A stretch of 64,000 bases of DNA from a virus (lineage: Duplodnaviria; Caudoviricetes). The notes beneath the pieces are model-generated. The model was not told the DNA's origin, did no database searches, and worked only from the letters and a program-made list of their open reading frames with translations. The stretch is from IMG/VR virus record IMGVR_UViG_3300033067_000365, positions 5,574 through 69,573 of that record; one strand, 5' to 3'. Shown in pieces: positions 1 through 9,158 of this stretch (position 1 is its first letter; each line of letters starts with the position of its first letter). The position numbers and the translations under genes are program-made.

Positions 1-15
1 TGAACTTTATCAACA

Positions 16-222
16 ATGCAAAGGACTAATATGAAAATTAAAGTATTACAATGCTATGATTCATTATTGTGGTATGCTAAACATGTTGGTGATGTGTTCG
101 AAGTTATTCGTGAAGAAGAGGCTGTCTATTGGACTAGAGAGAAGAATTCATGGAATTGTTTAAACTGGATTCGTAAATTAGATTGTGAGGTAGCAGATGA
201 GCGAAGTGTTTCTGACCAGTGA
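16..222 (+). CDS. hypothetical protein
   Basis: 68-aa ORF, co-oriented with and overlapping the next gene. Confidence 0.55.
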   Translation: MQRTNMKIKVLQCYDSLLWYAKHVGDVFEVIREEEAVYWTREKNSWNCLNWIRKLDCEVADERSVSDQ

Positions 223-727
223 CACTCATTGGGGACATGTTGGGGTTTGTAAGTTCGTTATGGCAGACGGTACTAAATGCAGACCTTGGGATGACCCCGA
301 GAAGATGAATGAAGACATGATTGATATGTGGAACAAAACTGTCGGACCTAAGGATAAAGTCTATCATCTAGGTGACGTAGTAATTAACCGCAGATTTCTA
401 TCATTGCTTTCACGGTTAAATGGTGACCAGATTCTAATCAAAGGTAATCACGATATCTTTCGCTTAGATGAATACTTACCATACTACCGTGATATTCGAG
501 CTTATCACTATCTCGATAAATATATGTTAACCCATATGCCGATACATGAGGAATCATTGGGACGGTATGAAGGTAACATTCACGGGCACTTGCACAATAA
601 TCGAGTAATGAAGGATGGTAAAATCGACCCTCGTTACTTGTGTGTCAGTGTAGAACATACAGACTACAAGCCTATTAACTTTGAAGAAGTTAAACGTAGG
701 TTTAAAGCACAACAGGAGGTACTGTGA
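197..727 (+). CDS. calcineurin-like metallophosphoesterase
   Basis: Motifs SDTHWGH, HLGD, GNHD, THMP, HGHLH. Confidence 0.85.
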   Translation: MSEVFLTSDTHWGHVGVCKFVMADGTKCRPWDDPEKMNEDMIDMWNKTVGPKDKVYHLGDVVINRRFLSLLSRLNGDQILIKGNHDIFRLDEYLPYYRDIRAYHYLDKYMLTHMPIHEESLGRYEGNIHGHLHNNRVMKDGKIDPRYLCVSVEHTDYKPINFEEVKRRFKAQQEVL

Positions 728-912
728 TTAGCAATATCGAATTGAGTCATAGAATCACATTAAAGGTCGGTTCGACTGATTATGAGATTACAAGAGAAGC
801 TGCTGAACTTCTCTACAATAAATTAGGTGTATTATTAAATAAACAAACTAATTTTCAACTATCATACCCTAACGGTGTACGCCAATGGGATACAACAGCT
901 AAAGCACTTTAA
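724..912 (+). CDS. hypothetical protein
   Basis: GTGA start/stop overlap with the upstream gene; RBS upstream. Confidence 0.6.
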   Translation: MISNIELSHRITLKVGSTDYEITREAAELLYNKLGVLLNKQTNFQLSYPNGVRQWDTTAKAL

Positions 913-920
913 GGAGTACA

Positions 921-1874
921 ATGAAATATTCAGAAGACACAATCACAGCTATTATTGATTTAAAAGCTAACGGCCTATCCTCACGAGATATTGCAGGGCT
1001 ATTAAACATTAGCAAGAGTGGTGTAAATTATGCACTACAACGTAATGCTTTTACTCCTGACTTAGCATATGACCCACGCGAAGTAGCATTTAAAGATGGT
1101 CCTCGTGTATTAGTATTTGACACTGAGACTGCAGCTGCTACAGCCCTTACATTCGGACGATTCAAAGTTAACCTATCTCAAGATAATATCTTAGATAATG
1201 GTGGTTGGATTATTTGTGCATGCTGGCGCTGGTTAGGTGAATCAAATGTTCATAAGATTTATCTAACACCAGAAGAAGTAGCAAATAAAGATGATAGTCG
1301 AATCGTAGCTCAGTTGTTTGAATTGTATGAACAAGCCGATGCTGTACTAGCACATAACTCTCAAGGCTTTGACCATAAGGTTGTTCAAACTCGTGCCGTA
1401 TACAATGGTTTTCCTCCATTACCACAAGTTAAAGTTTTAGATACTTTACTACTTGTTAAGAAGTACTTGAAGCTACCAAGCAATCGATTAGATGCAATCG
1501 GTGAATTCTTTAACTTAGGTCGTAAGATTTCTACTGGTGGTATCTCACTGTGGCGCAAGGTCCAAGAGGGTGATGTACAAGCTATGGAAGACATGGTTAC
1601 TTACTGCGCTCAAGACGTTGATTTGCTGTATGATGTATACCTACGCACCCGTCAACTTGGTCGTGCAGGTTCAGACTTTAATGCTGCGCTGTACTACAAT
1701 GACGATAGGGTTCGTTGCCGTGTTTGTGGTAGTGACGATGTATCTCCAACTGGACGTACAACTGAAACATCCCTAAACAAGTTCGAAGAAGTACGTTGTA
1801 ATAGTTGTGGTGCAGTCCATCGTGACCGTAAACCAATCACTACAAAAGAAAAACGTAAAGCATTGTTGGCATAA
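921..1874 (+). CDS. DnaQ/RNase H-like (YprB/RNase_H_2 type) 3'-5' exonuclease with N-terminal HTH and C-terminal Zn ribbon
   Basis: Motifs FDTET, AHNSQGFD, DTL, YCAQDV; N-terminal HTH; CxxC...CxxC at C-terminus; AAGGAG RBS. Confidence 0.8.
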   Translation: MKYSEDTITAIIDLKANGLSSRDIAGLLNISKSGVNYALQRNAFTPDLAYDPREVAFKDGPRVLVFDTETAAATALTFGRFKVNLSQDNILDNGGWIICACWRWLGESNVHKIYLTPEEVANKDDSRIVAQLFELYEQADAVLAHNSQGFDHKVVQTRAVYNGFPPLPQVKVLDTLLLVKKYLKLPSNRLDAIGEFFNLGRKISTGGISLWRKVQEGDVQAMEDMVTYCAQDVDLLYDVYLRTRQLGRAGSDFNAALYYNDDRVRCRVCGSDDVSPTGRTTETSLNKFEEVRCNSCGAVHRDRKPITTKEKRKALLA

Positions 1875-1895
1875 CACTTGCTTTTGTGATATAAT
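1866..1895 (+). promoter_or_regulatory. sigma70-type promoter with extended -10
   Basis: TTGGCA-18-TATAAT with TGn before the -10. Confidence 0.65.
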
Positions 1896-1931
1896 GCTTA
1901 CCGTTATGTCACAATACAATTTGAAATCACA

Positions 1932-1958
1932 CCCCGAGTTAAGTCTCGGGGCTTTTTT
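1932..1958 (+). terminator. intrinsic terminator
   Basis: CCCCGAG-ttaagt-CTCGGGG followed by CTTTTTT. Confidence 0.8.
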
Positions 1959-1978
1959 GTCTCTTGAAAGGAGTCTAT

Positions 1979-2140
1979 ATGCGACCTTGGGTTAAATGGT
2001 CAGTAAAACACAAAATGAAATTTGTAGTCTATCTGGTTTGGTTGGCTGTATTGCCGCTATTCTTATTGGCTTATGCTGGAGATGCTGCACGAGATGCAAT
2101 GAACGAATTAAACGATCTTAGAAACTTTAAAGGAGAATAA
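1979..2140 (+). CDS. small membrane protein (53 aa; absent from ORF track)
   Basis: AAGGAG RBS; MRPWVKWSVKHKMKFVVYLVWLAVLPLFLLAYAG... has one hydrophobic helix. Confidence 0.55.
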   Translation: MRPWVKWSVKHKMKFVVYLVWLAVLPLFLLAYAGDAARDAMNELNDLRNFKGE

Positions 2141-2141
2141 C

Positions 2142-2657
2142 TTGCCACATAACGATTATACATTTGACGATTTTAAAATTGACGTATATGCTTTCAATGA
2201 AATTGCAGGTAAAGATAAAGAAGCTACTCATCTAGACTTGTGTAAACAATTTTCATTAATTGTAGAAGAATTAAAGGAAACTTCTGACGGTCTAAACACT
2301 AATAATCCAGTGGAAGTATTAGATGGTGTAGTAGATGTGCTAGTTACAGGTTTAGGTTTACTACAGAAATTGGAAGCTTTAGGTTTCAATACTCAGAAAG
2401 CACTGTACAAAACTGCAGCTAATAATCTAAGTAAGTATCCTAATAGTGAAAATATCGCTATCCTTACTGCTCAAAAATTTGAAGCTGATAATGTAAATGT
2501 TTCAGTAACTTATAATTCTGATTATGATTTGTTTGTAATTAAGGATGAACAAGATAAAGTACGCAAGCCTTTAAACTTTGTATCTAATGATTTAGAAGAC
2601 TGCGTACCAATGTTTGTTCTTAGCAATGGTTTTGAAGGATATCCAAATGCATCTTAA
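2142..2657 (+). CDS. MazG-like / all-alpha NTP pyrophosphohydrolase
   Basis: EELKET...EVLDGVVDVL acidic motif; V..NNLSK motif; TTG start after AGGAG. Confidence 0.7.
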   Translation: MPHNDYTFDDFKIDVYAFNEIAGKDKEATHLDLCKQFSLIVEELKETSDGLNTNNPVEVLDGVVDVLVTGLGLLQKLEALGFNTQKALYKTAANNLSKYPNSENIAILTAQKFEADNVNVSVTYNSDYDLFVIKDEQDKVRKPLNFVSNDLEDCVPMFVLSNGFEGYPNAS

Positions 2658-3186
2658 CGGTAAAACTTATTTCTTTGAGCGTGAAGCTTCAGTTATGAAA
2701 CCCTGTAGCGGTTGTGTAGGGGATGATGATATTGAACTATGTGCTGAGTTAACCTTTCGGGTTAACTGTGAGAAAGATCACATTATCTGGAAAGAATATA
2801 AGGAGGAACCAGTGAAACCAATGAGTAAAGAGATTGACGAATGGGTAGCTAATAACATGCCACAAGTGGAAACCCAAATTGCAGGTACAAAGTACGATGA
2901 CGGTAAGGTGCAATACACATTAGTACCTCCGTATGCATTACAGGAAGTTGCGCGTAATTTAACTGAAGGGTTAAAGAAATACAAGGAGCGTAATAACTGG
3001 CAGAAAGTACCTAACGCAGAACAGCGTTATATGGATGCCCTTATGAGACATTTTGAGGCTATTAGAAGGGGTGAAATCTATGACGTTGATAGCAGCGTAC
3101 CAGATATGCCTCACATGGCTGCTGTAGCCGTTAATGCGATGTTCCTATTGGAATTTATGCTAGACCCGAAACTTAAAAAGGATTGA
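2647..3186 (+). CDS. dATP/dGTP diphosphohydrolase (DUF5664-type) domain protein
   Basis: GTKYDDGK...LVP...GLKKY..NNW...Y.DAL.RH...PH.AA.A.NA.FL motif; start moved to ATG 2647. Confidence 0.75.
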   Translation: MHLNGKTYFFEREASVMKPCSGCVGDDDIELCAELTFRVNCEKDHIIWKEYKEEPVKPMSKEIDEWVANNMPQVETQIAGTKYDDGKVQYTLVPPYALQEVARNLTEGLKKYKERNNWQKVPNAEQRYMDALMRHFEAIRRGEIYDVDSSVPDMPHMAAVAVNAMFLLEFMLDPKLKKD

Positions 3187-3188
3187 TT

Positions 3189-3332
3189 ATGGAACTAATT
3201 ATTTACTTAGCTGGCCTAGTATTAGCTGCACCATATTTGCTCATGGCTGTCGCTTCTTTTAAGATTCATAGGGAGCTTAAAGAGGCTGTAAATAGTCCTA
3301 ATGAACACCTTGATTTACCAACAACCTTGTGA
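3189..3332 (+). CDS. small membrane protein (47 aa; absent from ORF track)
   Basis: MELIIYLAGLVLAAPYLLMAVASF... fills the gap between genes. Confidence 0.5.
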   Translation: MELIIYLAGLVLAAPYLLMAVASFKIHRELKEAVNSPNEHLDLPTTL

Positions 3333-3338
3333 TATAAT
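3310..3338 (+). promoter_or_regulatory. sigma70-type promoter
   Basis: TTGATT-17-TATAAT with TG extension. Confidence 0.75.
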
Positions 3339-3364
3339 CACTATTCTCTTAATAAAGGGTAACC

Positions 3365-3793
3365 ATGAATAAAAAATTAAAATTTCCACCTCGTCCTTCA
3401 GCCATTGTAGCATTATGTATTGTGTCTGAATCGGAGATTGTAAAAGTAATGCCAAATTACTCATCTGATTTTGAAAACGATACTGTTGCTTTCAATAAGT
3501 TTTTACATTCGTTAGGTATGGATACAGAAAAGCCAGTTTTACGTCAAGATGGTTTGCAACACCGTAATCGCTTAAATGAAGTGGTTGTATGTAGTCGGTG
3601 GGTTGGCGAAGAAAGACTAGACGAAGCTTGGCTATATAGTGGTTATGCAAGTAGAGAAGCAATCGATAAAGCCAGTGGTTCGAAGATTCTAGAAGACTTG
3701 TATCGTAGTCGTTACCTAACGCAAGACGCTCAAGATTCACTAGAAGCTCGTGACCGCTACAATGTAGTAAAAGAAGAGGAATATTCGTTTTGA
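3365..3793 (+). CDS. hypothetical protein
   Basis: 142-aa ORF downstream of a promoter, overlapping the nrdB start. Confidence 0.7.
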   Translation: MNKKLKFPPRPSAIVALCIVSESEIVKVMPNYSSDFENDTVAFNKFLHSLGMDTEKPVLRQDGLQHRNRLNEVVVCSRWVGEERLDEAWLYSGYASREAIDKASGSKILEDLYRSRYLTQDAQDSLEARDRYNVVKEEEYSF

Positions 3794-4797
3794 CAACTGA
3801 AGCACAAAAACCGAGAATAATGCAAAAGACGGACAGTTATGTTCGGCATTATCCTAGAATCGTAGAGCTTGCAAATAAACAACTAGAGGAACAATTTTGG
3901 ACCAGCTCAGAAATGAAGGTCGAGTTAGATAAGATGCAACTATTGTATGGATTATCTTCAGAGCAATTACATGCTGTAAAAACAGTCTTGCATTTGTTCT
4001 TACGGTATGAGTTAATGGTTGGTGATTTTTGGGGTGGCACTGTAGCAGCTACTTTCCCACGCCCAGAAGTTAGGTTAGCAGCGGCATTGATTGATGCGGT
4101 TGAGAAATCAATTCACGCCGAATTTTACAATCAGTTCAATATTGTTCTGGGCCTAGATACGGATGAACATTATTTATCCTACATTAAAGACCCAGAGTTA
4201 AATGGGCGAGTTGAGTGGCTAGGCTCAGTACTAGGTCAGGAAGATAAAATTCTTGCGACTATCATTTTCTCAATGACTGAGACTGCTTTATTATTTAGCT
4301 CGTTCGCTATTTTAAAAAGTTTTCAATCTAACGGGAATAACCTCTTACCTGTTATTGTACGTGGAACCAACCAATCTGCGATTGATGAAGATTTGCATGG
4401 TCAATTATCGGCAGAAATTATTAACACTTACTATAATGAGATTGGTTCATCTTTAAAAGAAGATACTGCACGTTATTCAAAGGTTGTTGAAGCTGTACAT
4501 TATGCTTACTTACATGAGTGTAGAATTATCGATATGGCAATTCCAAAAGATTCACTAAATGGTATCGCTAAACAAGAGTACAAAGAGTTCGTAAAATATC
4601 GATTAAATCTTTATTTAGCACGACTAGGTTTACCACCAGAGTTTGAGGTTGGAGTTTGCTCTATTACAGATTGGTTTGAAAAGAATACATATGCTTATAA
4701 AGTAGTGGACTTTTTCTCAGCAGGTATGGGTATGGAATATGAATCATCATGGGATGAATTGGCGTTTGAAAGTGCATGGAAAAAGGAACAAGAATGA
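3790..4797 (+). CDS. nrdB: class Ia ribonucleotide reductase beta subunit
   Basis: Di-iron ligands (YE, VEKSIH, TE, DEDLH) and radical Tyr after IHAEF. Confidence 0.9.
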   Translation: MTTEAQKPRIMQKTDSYVRHYPRIVELANKQLEEQFWTSSEMKVELDKMQLLYGLSSEQLHAVKTVLHLFLRYELMVGDFWGGTVAATFPRPEVRLAAALIDAVEKSIHAEFYNQFNIVLGLDTDEHYLSYIKDPELNGRVEWLGSVLGQEDKILATIIFSMTETALLFSSFAILKSFQSNGNNLLPVIVRGTNQSAIDEDLHGQLSAEIINTYYNEIGSSLKEDTARYSKVVEAVHYAYLHECRIIDMAIPKDSLNGIAKQEYKEFVKYRLNLYLARLGLPPEFEVGVCSITDWFEKNTYAYKVVDFFSAGMGMEYESSWDELAFESAWKKEQE

Positions 4798-6533
4798 AAA
4801 CTGTAGATTACTCTGAACTTCGCAAACAACTTCAAGCAGTTCAGGAAGCTCCTGATTGGTTTACAACAGGAGGGATTCAACTTTTCTATGAGAAGTACTC
4901 TTATCAAGATGAAACACCTAAAGCACGTTTTAAAACTATTGCAAGAGCTTTAGCGAATCATGCACCTGCTGTATACCCTTACTGGTGGGAAGCAGACCCA
5001 TATACAAATGGTAAAACATATGCAGAGGTATTCTTTGATGTTATGTGGGATGGTTATGTGAGTGCTTCAACTCCATTGTTAGCTAATGGTGGTTTACGTA
5101 AACGTGGCACTACTGTGAGTTGTGCTGGTGGTTATGTAGGTAATAATCTATATGACCGTTATAATGCGATTACAGAAGCTGCCATTCTGACTAAACATTC
5201 TCATGGTACAAGTTATAGCATTGACCACTGGCCTCACGAAGGTTTCGAACTAAAAAGAGGTGGGCATAGTTTGGGCACACTCCCGTTAATTCGCGATTTT
5301 ATTGCTTGTATGGAAGAAGTTACACAAGCTTCTCGTAGAGGCAGTCTTGCATATTCAATTCGACCACAACACGGTGACTTTGAAAAGGTCTTAGATTACC
5401 TCTATGAAAATACAGAGTCTAATAATGTCGGCTGGCTAATCGATGATGAATTTATTGAATCTTTAAAAGCTAAGGAGACTGTTGCACTGAAGAAGTTTGC
5501 TAAAACTTTAGGTGTTAAGATGCCAAGAGGTAAAGGGTATTATACTTTTATCGATAAGATGAATCGTCATCTAGCTGAAGCTTTTAAGCGTAAAGGCATG
5601 ACCGTAAAAGCAAGTAATCTTTGTCAGGAAACATGTCTACCTTCGGATGAGAATTATACGTTCTCCTGTGTAATTCTAAACTATAATCTAGAATTGTACC
5701 GTAATTGGCCTACACACTTAGTTTGGATTGGGCAGATTATGGCTGACTGTAATATCAGTGAATATATTGCTACGATGGATGAAATGTCAAATATCGACAA
5801 AGAAGCTATGAAGAAGATATATAAATTCACTAAGGATTTTAGAGCTTTAGGCAGCGGCGTTCTTGGGTTCCATACATTACTGCAAAAAGAGCGATTAGTT
5901 ATCGGAGATTTGGATACTTCGTATTTAAATCACGAAATCTTTAAGAAGCTTGACACAGATAGTAAACTAACAACTAAATGGTTAGCTGAAGTATTAGGTG
6001 AGCCTGAGGGATGTAGTGGATTAGGTATCCGTAATGCTACAAGATTAATGATGCCTCCTACTAAATCGACCGCTGAGATTATGGCTGGAGCTAGTGAAGG
6101 TATTGGTTTAGATACAGCAATGGTTTTCACTAAACAATCTGCTGGAGGTGAATTTTTCCGTATCAATAAGGTACTCTTAGAGATTATGAAAGAGCGTGGT
6201 GTTTTTAATGATGATACTATTCGAAAAATCATTGAGGATAAGGGAAGTGTTCAAAACGTTGCTTGGTTAACTGAGCATGAACGGAAAGTATTTCGTACAG
6301 CTTTTGAGGTTAGAATGGAAGATTACTTACGTCTTTGTTCCCAACGTCAGAAATATATTGACCAAGCTCAGAGTATTAACTTGTATTTTACCTCTAACGA
6401 TTCTGAAGAGTATATTAGTGAAATTCACCGATTAGCTTTCGAAGACGAAGGTATCTTAAGTTTATATTATATTTACTCGATGAGGGGTGCTGGCAATATT
6501 ACACGGGTTGAATCTTGTGAAGTTTGCCAGTAA
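4794..6533 (+). CDS. nrdA: class I ribonucleotide reductase alpha subunit (no ATP cone)
   Basis: SNLCQE catalytic motif, VSC and FSC cysteines, PTKST, C-terminal CEVC; start at ATG 4794. Confidence 0.9.
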   Translation: MKTVDYSELRKQLQAVQEAPDWFTTGGIQLFYEKYSYQDETPKARFKTIARALANHAPAVYPYWWEADPYTNGKTYAEVFFDVMWDGYVSASTPLLANGGLRKRGTTVSCAGGYVGNNLYDRYNAITEAAILTKHSHGTSYSIDHWPHEGFELKRGGHSLGTLPLIRDFIACMEEVTQASRRGSLAYSIRPQHGDFEKVLDYLYENTESNNVGWLIDDEFIESLKAKETVALKKFAKTLGVKMPRGKGYYTFIDKMNRHLAEAFKRKGMTVKASNLCQETCLPSDENYTFSCVILNYNLELYRNWPTHLVWIGQIMADCNISEYIATMDEMSNIDKEAMKKIYKFTKDFRALGSGVLGFHTLLQKERLVIGDLDTSYLNHEIFKKLDTDSKLTTKWLAEVLGEPEGCSGLGIRNATRLMMPPTKSTAEIMAGASEGIGLDTAMVFTKQSAGGEFFRINKVLLEIMKERGVFNDDTIRKIIEDKGSVQNVAWLTEHERKVFRTAFEVRMEDYLRLCSQRQKYIDQAQSINLYFTSNDSEEYISEIHRLAFEDEGILSLYYIYSMRGAGNITRVESCEVCQ

Positions 6534-6550
6534 AAGTTAATAAATAAACC

Positions 6551-6579
6551 TTGATTTCTATTCAACCTTATGTTATAAT
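6551..6579 (+). promoter_or_regulatory. sigma70-type promoter for the HNH gene
   Basis: TTGATT-17-TATAAT with TG extension. Confidence 0.75.
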
Positions 6580-6606
6580 ATACTATTATGTAATGTAAGG
6601 TTGAAT

Positions 6607-7161
6607 ATGAAAACTTGTAAGAAATGCTTAAAATTCTTAAGTATAGCAGATTTTAACAAAGATGCTAGTAAAAAGGATGGTTTAGATATATATTGTAAAT
6701 GCTGTGTGCGAAAGAAATCTAAAGAACATTATGCAAAAAATCGCACAAAAAGACTAGAACAAAATAAAGAAAGGTATGCTGAGAATAAGGATATAATTCT
6801 TAGTACCTGTAAACAGAGCTATAAAAAGCTTAAGAGTTCATCCCCTGAGATTCTTATGTTAAGGTCTGCAAAGAGACGAGCTAAAGTTCAAAATTTACCT
6901 TTTGACCTTACTCTTGAAGATATAGTTATTCCAGAGTATTGTCCAATTCTGAATATTCGGTTGCAAGTAGCAGAGAAACATGCAAATGCAAGTTCCCCTA
7001 GTCTTGATAAGATTGTTCCAGAATTAGGTTACATTAAAGGGAATGTACAAGTTATAAGCAACTTAGCTAATACTATGAAATGGGATGCTTCATTTCAACA
7101 ATTAGTTAATTTTGCCAAATGGGTAAATAAAGAAATCAAACCACTATTAGAAAAGGAATAA
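6607..7161 (+). CDS. free-standing HNH-type homing endonuclease
   Basis: N-terminal CxxC...CxxC; CPIL...SPSLDKI.PELGY..GNVQVIS..AN.MK nuclease motif. Confidence 0.8.
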   Translation: MKTCKKCLKFLSIADFNKDASKKDGLDIYCKCCVRKKSKEHYAKNRTKRLEQNKERYAENKDIILSTCKQSYKKLKSSSPEILMLRSAKRRAKVQNLPFDLTLEDIVIPEYCPILNIRLQVAEKHANASSPSLDKIVPELGYIKGNVQVISNLANTMKWDASFQQLVNFAKWVNKEIKPLLEKE

Positions 7162-7162
7162 T

Positions 7163-7408
7163 ATGAAACATTTAGTTGTATTTAAGGCCAGTTGGTGTGG
7201 TCCATGTAAATCGTTGGCAATGACTATGCAAGATTTGCCTTTACCAGTAGCACAGATTAAGACAATCGATATCGATGAGGATATGGAGGCTGCTAGAGAG
7301 TTTGCAGTACGAGGTGTCCCTACGGTATTGCTTATGGAAGATAATCAAGTTATCAAGCGTTCTAGTGGCGCTATGACAGCCTCTCAATTGCAGGAGTTCT
7401 GTGCGTGA
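7163..7408 (+). CDS. trx: thioredoxin
   Basis: WCGPC active site; VRGVPT. Confidence 0.93.
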   Translation: MKHLVVFKASWCGPCKSLAMTMQDLPLPVAQIKTIDIDEDMEAAREFAVRGVPTVLLMEDNQVIKRSSGAMTASQLQEFCA

Positions 7409-7665
7409 AAACGAATGCACTAATTGAAGAAAAGTTCGAAGAATGGTTTTGGGAGAATGAAGACGGTTTTCAGTTTAAGGCTGAACGTTGTTTTCAATGG
7501 GCGCGATTAGCCGCTGAAAATTCTACCTTAAATCAATTCTTAACTGATTGGCTTAAAGGTGCTTACGAAGCTGCTTATAAAGAAGGTTATCGTGATGCAT
7601 TAGCAAGTCTTCATTACACTCCAGATAATGGTTCTGGTAGTGCTGCAGTAATGCATTTACAATAG
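7405..7665 (+). CDS. hypothetical protein
   Basis: GTGA overlap with trx; ends at the convergent terminator. Confidence 0.6.
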   Translation: MKTNALIEEKFEEWFWENEDGFQFKAERCFQWARLAAENSTLNQFLTDWLKGAYEAAYKEGYRDALASLHYTPDNGSGSAAVMHLQ

Positions 7666-7669
7666 ACGA

Positions 7670-7711
7670 AAAAATACCCCGAGTCCTGTGAAGGATATCG
7701 GGGTTTTCTTT
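7670..7711. terminator. bidirectional intrinsic terminator between convergent arms
   Basis: AAAAA...CCCCGA...TCGGGG-TTTTCTTT. Confidence 0.75.
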
Positions 7712-8202
7712 TATGGTTTCCAAGCTGCATATTCAGCAGCAGTTAAGATACCAGATACATACATCTTATGTGGATTAGATGGACGCATAATCGTTAGATT
7801 TTGTCTACGTAAAGCAGGGTCAAATGAAATGTGTACCCAACCTTTATCAGGTGTCATACTGTACTCATGAATCAACTGGTCGTATTTAATACCAGAAGCT
7901 GCGATAGCTTTGCAGATATCGTATGGTGAACCGAATCCGTTACAACGAAAGTCAATAGCGAAACCATCCATATGAGCTGACTTTTCTGAGCCACCTACAG
8001 CTACGTTAACTTTTGGTAAACGAAGCCAAGATTGTACGCTAATCGCTTTACCGAGTAAGTCACGAACTTGTTCCATACCTGCAGCTGCAACTTTCATATT
8101 CTCAAGCTGTAGAGTAGATGGTGTATTATCTACACCTAGTTCTACTGCCTTAGCTGAATATGTACCTTCTTTATATGAAAAGTGAGTTGATAAATTATCC
8201 AT
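7711..8202 (-). CDS. endolysin, peptidase M15A family
   Basis: LSTHFS..E; SWLR...N..VGGS..SAH..G.A.D; DQLI.E; WVHISF. Confidence 0.9.
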   Translation of the reverse strand: MDNLSTHFSYKEGTYSAKAVELGVDNTPSTLQLENMKVAAAGMEQVRDLLGKAISVQSWLRLPKVNVAVGGSEKSAHMDGFAIDFRCNGFGSPYDICKAIAASGIKYDQLIHEYSMTPDKGWVHISFDPALRRQNLTIMRPSNPHKMYVSGILTAAEYAAWKP

Positions 8203-8690
8203 TATTTAATACCTTTAATCATAGCTTGTGTTTTATCTGAGCTAGATTTTGAAGAGCCATAGAAAAAGTTAAAGATTGAAGCAATCGCTGTACCTAATAG
8301 GAAACCTAAAATGATATTAGCGAAGTCTCTTGAACCTTCTGGCATAGTTAGAAAAGTTACACAGAAGAAATATAAGGCAGATACTACTGACCAGAACCAT
8401 GCAAAGCGATATACGAAGTTTTTACTTTCAGAATCACCTTGAGCTAGTGCAGCTTGTTGCATCTCTCTAGCACTACTTCTGTCTTTTACTTCTTGCTCGA
8501 ACATAAACTCTTCGTGCTTCATTGCAGCTTCTTTAACAGCAGCTAATTTTTCAGGAGACATATCTGGCTCCAATTTAACGCCTAGCTTTTCTTCGACATA
8601 ATCTAAGCCCTTGCTTGTAACAGCTTCAGCTATTTTTGGTAAGCCATTCGATACTAGGGAACTTATGATACCTGTTAATAAGGGCAGCAT
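8202..8690 (-). CDS. holin-like membrane protein (3TM/GTA-holin-like)
   Basis: DRSSAREMQ motif, two C-terminal TM helices, FFYGSS.SS..K; adjacent to endolysin. Confidence 0.65.
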   Translation of the reverse strand: MLPLLTGIISSLVSNGLPKIAEAVTSKGLDYVEEKLGVKLEPDMSPEKLAAVKEAAMKHEEFMFEQEVKDRSSAREMQQAALAQGDSESKNFVYRFAWFWSVVSALYFFCVTFLTMPEGSRDFANIILGFLLGTAIASIFNFFYGSSKSSSDKTQAMIKGIK

Positions 8691-8706
8691 ATCTATCCTT
8701 TAATAA

Positions 8707-8724
8707 GTCCCGCCGAAGCGGGAC
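8707..8724 (-). terminator. GC-rich hairpin (terminator or stabiliser)
   Basis: GTCCCGC-TTCG-GCGGGAC on the - strand (UUCG loop). Confidence 0.55.
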
Positions 8725-8729
8725 ATTGT

Positions 8730-8957
8730 TTATAAACCTACGACCAGCTTAAGAACATTAGTCACGCCAATAGACTGTGCAGTAATAACTAACACAGCAC
8801 CAATAGCTAGATATTTAATCTGATTAAGTGTCTTCTCTATTCCAGATAATGACGAGCGTAAATCAATAGAGATATCTTGTAACTTTTTTAGTTCAGTTGC
8901 ATGGTCTTCTACTTTTAATTCGAGCTTAATAACTCTATGTTCGATTTGTTCTTGCAT
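8730..8957 (-). CDS. XhlA/hemolysin-like lysis-module membrane protein
   Basis: Coiled coil (LELKVEDH) plus C-terminal TM helix, next to lysis genes. Confidence 0.55.
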   Translation of the reverse strand: MQEQIEHRVIKLELKVEDHATELKKLQDISIDLRSSLSGIEKTLNQIKYLAIGAVLVITAQSIGVTNVLKLVVGL

Positions 8958-8971
8958 ATTGAGTTACCCTA

Positions 8972-9157
8972 TTATTCGTCTGCTGGTAGTTTCTTATAAG
9001 TAGGTTTCTTATAAGTAGGTTTCTTATAAGTAGGATGTTCCCACTTTGCGATATAATCGCCTTTACCATCGCTGTCGTTTTGTAAGCGAATACTATCCAT
9101 AAAATCACGGTCAGTAAGTTCTGGATATAGTGCTTTAATTTTTTCGTATAATGTCAT
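8972..9157 (-). CDS. XkdW-like small tail-associated protein
   Basis: LQNDSDGKGDYIAKWEHP motif. Confidence 0.65.
   Translation of the reverse strand: MTLYEKIKALYPELTDRDFMDSIRLQNDSDGKGDYIAKWEHPTYKKPTYKKPTYKKLPADE
8991..9034. repeat. 15-bp tandem repeat x3 (encodes PTYKK x3)
   Basis: TTCTTATAAGTAGGT repeated. Confidence 0.9.
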
Positions 9158-9158
9158 A

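Noticed and set aside
2142-3186. Evidence for a 2-aminoadenine (Z) genome
   Set aside because: No PurZ or HD-domain dATPase in the window; DUF5664 alone is not diagnostic
4794-6533. Intron or intein in nrdA, terL or DNA ligase
   Set aside because: ORFs are continuous and of normal or compact length; no intein C1/HN motifs seen
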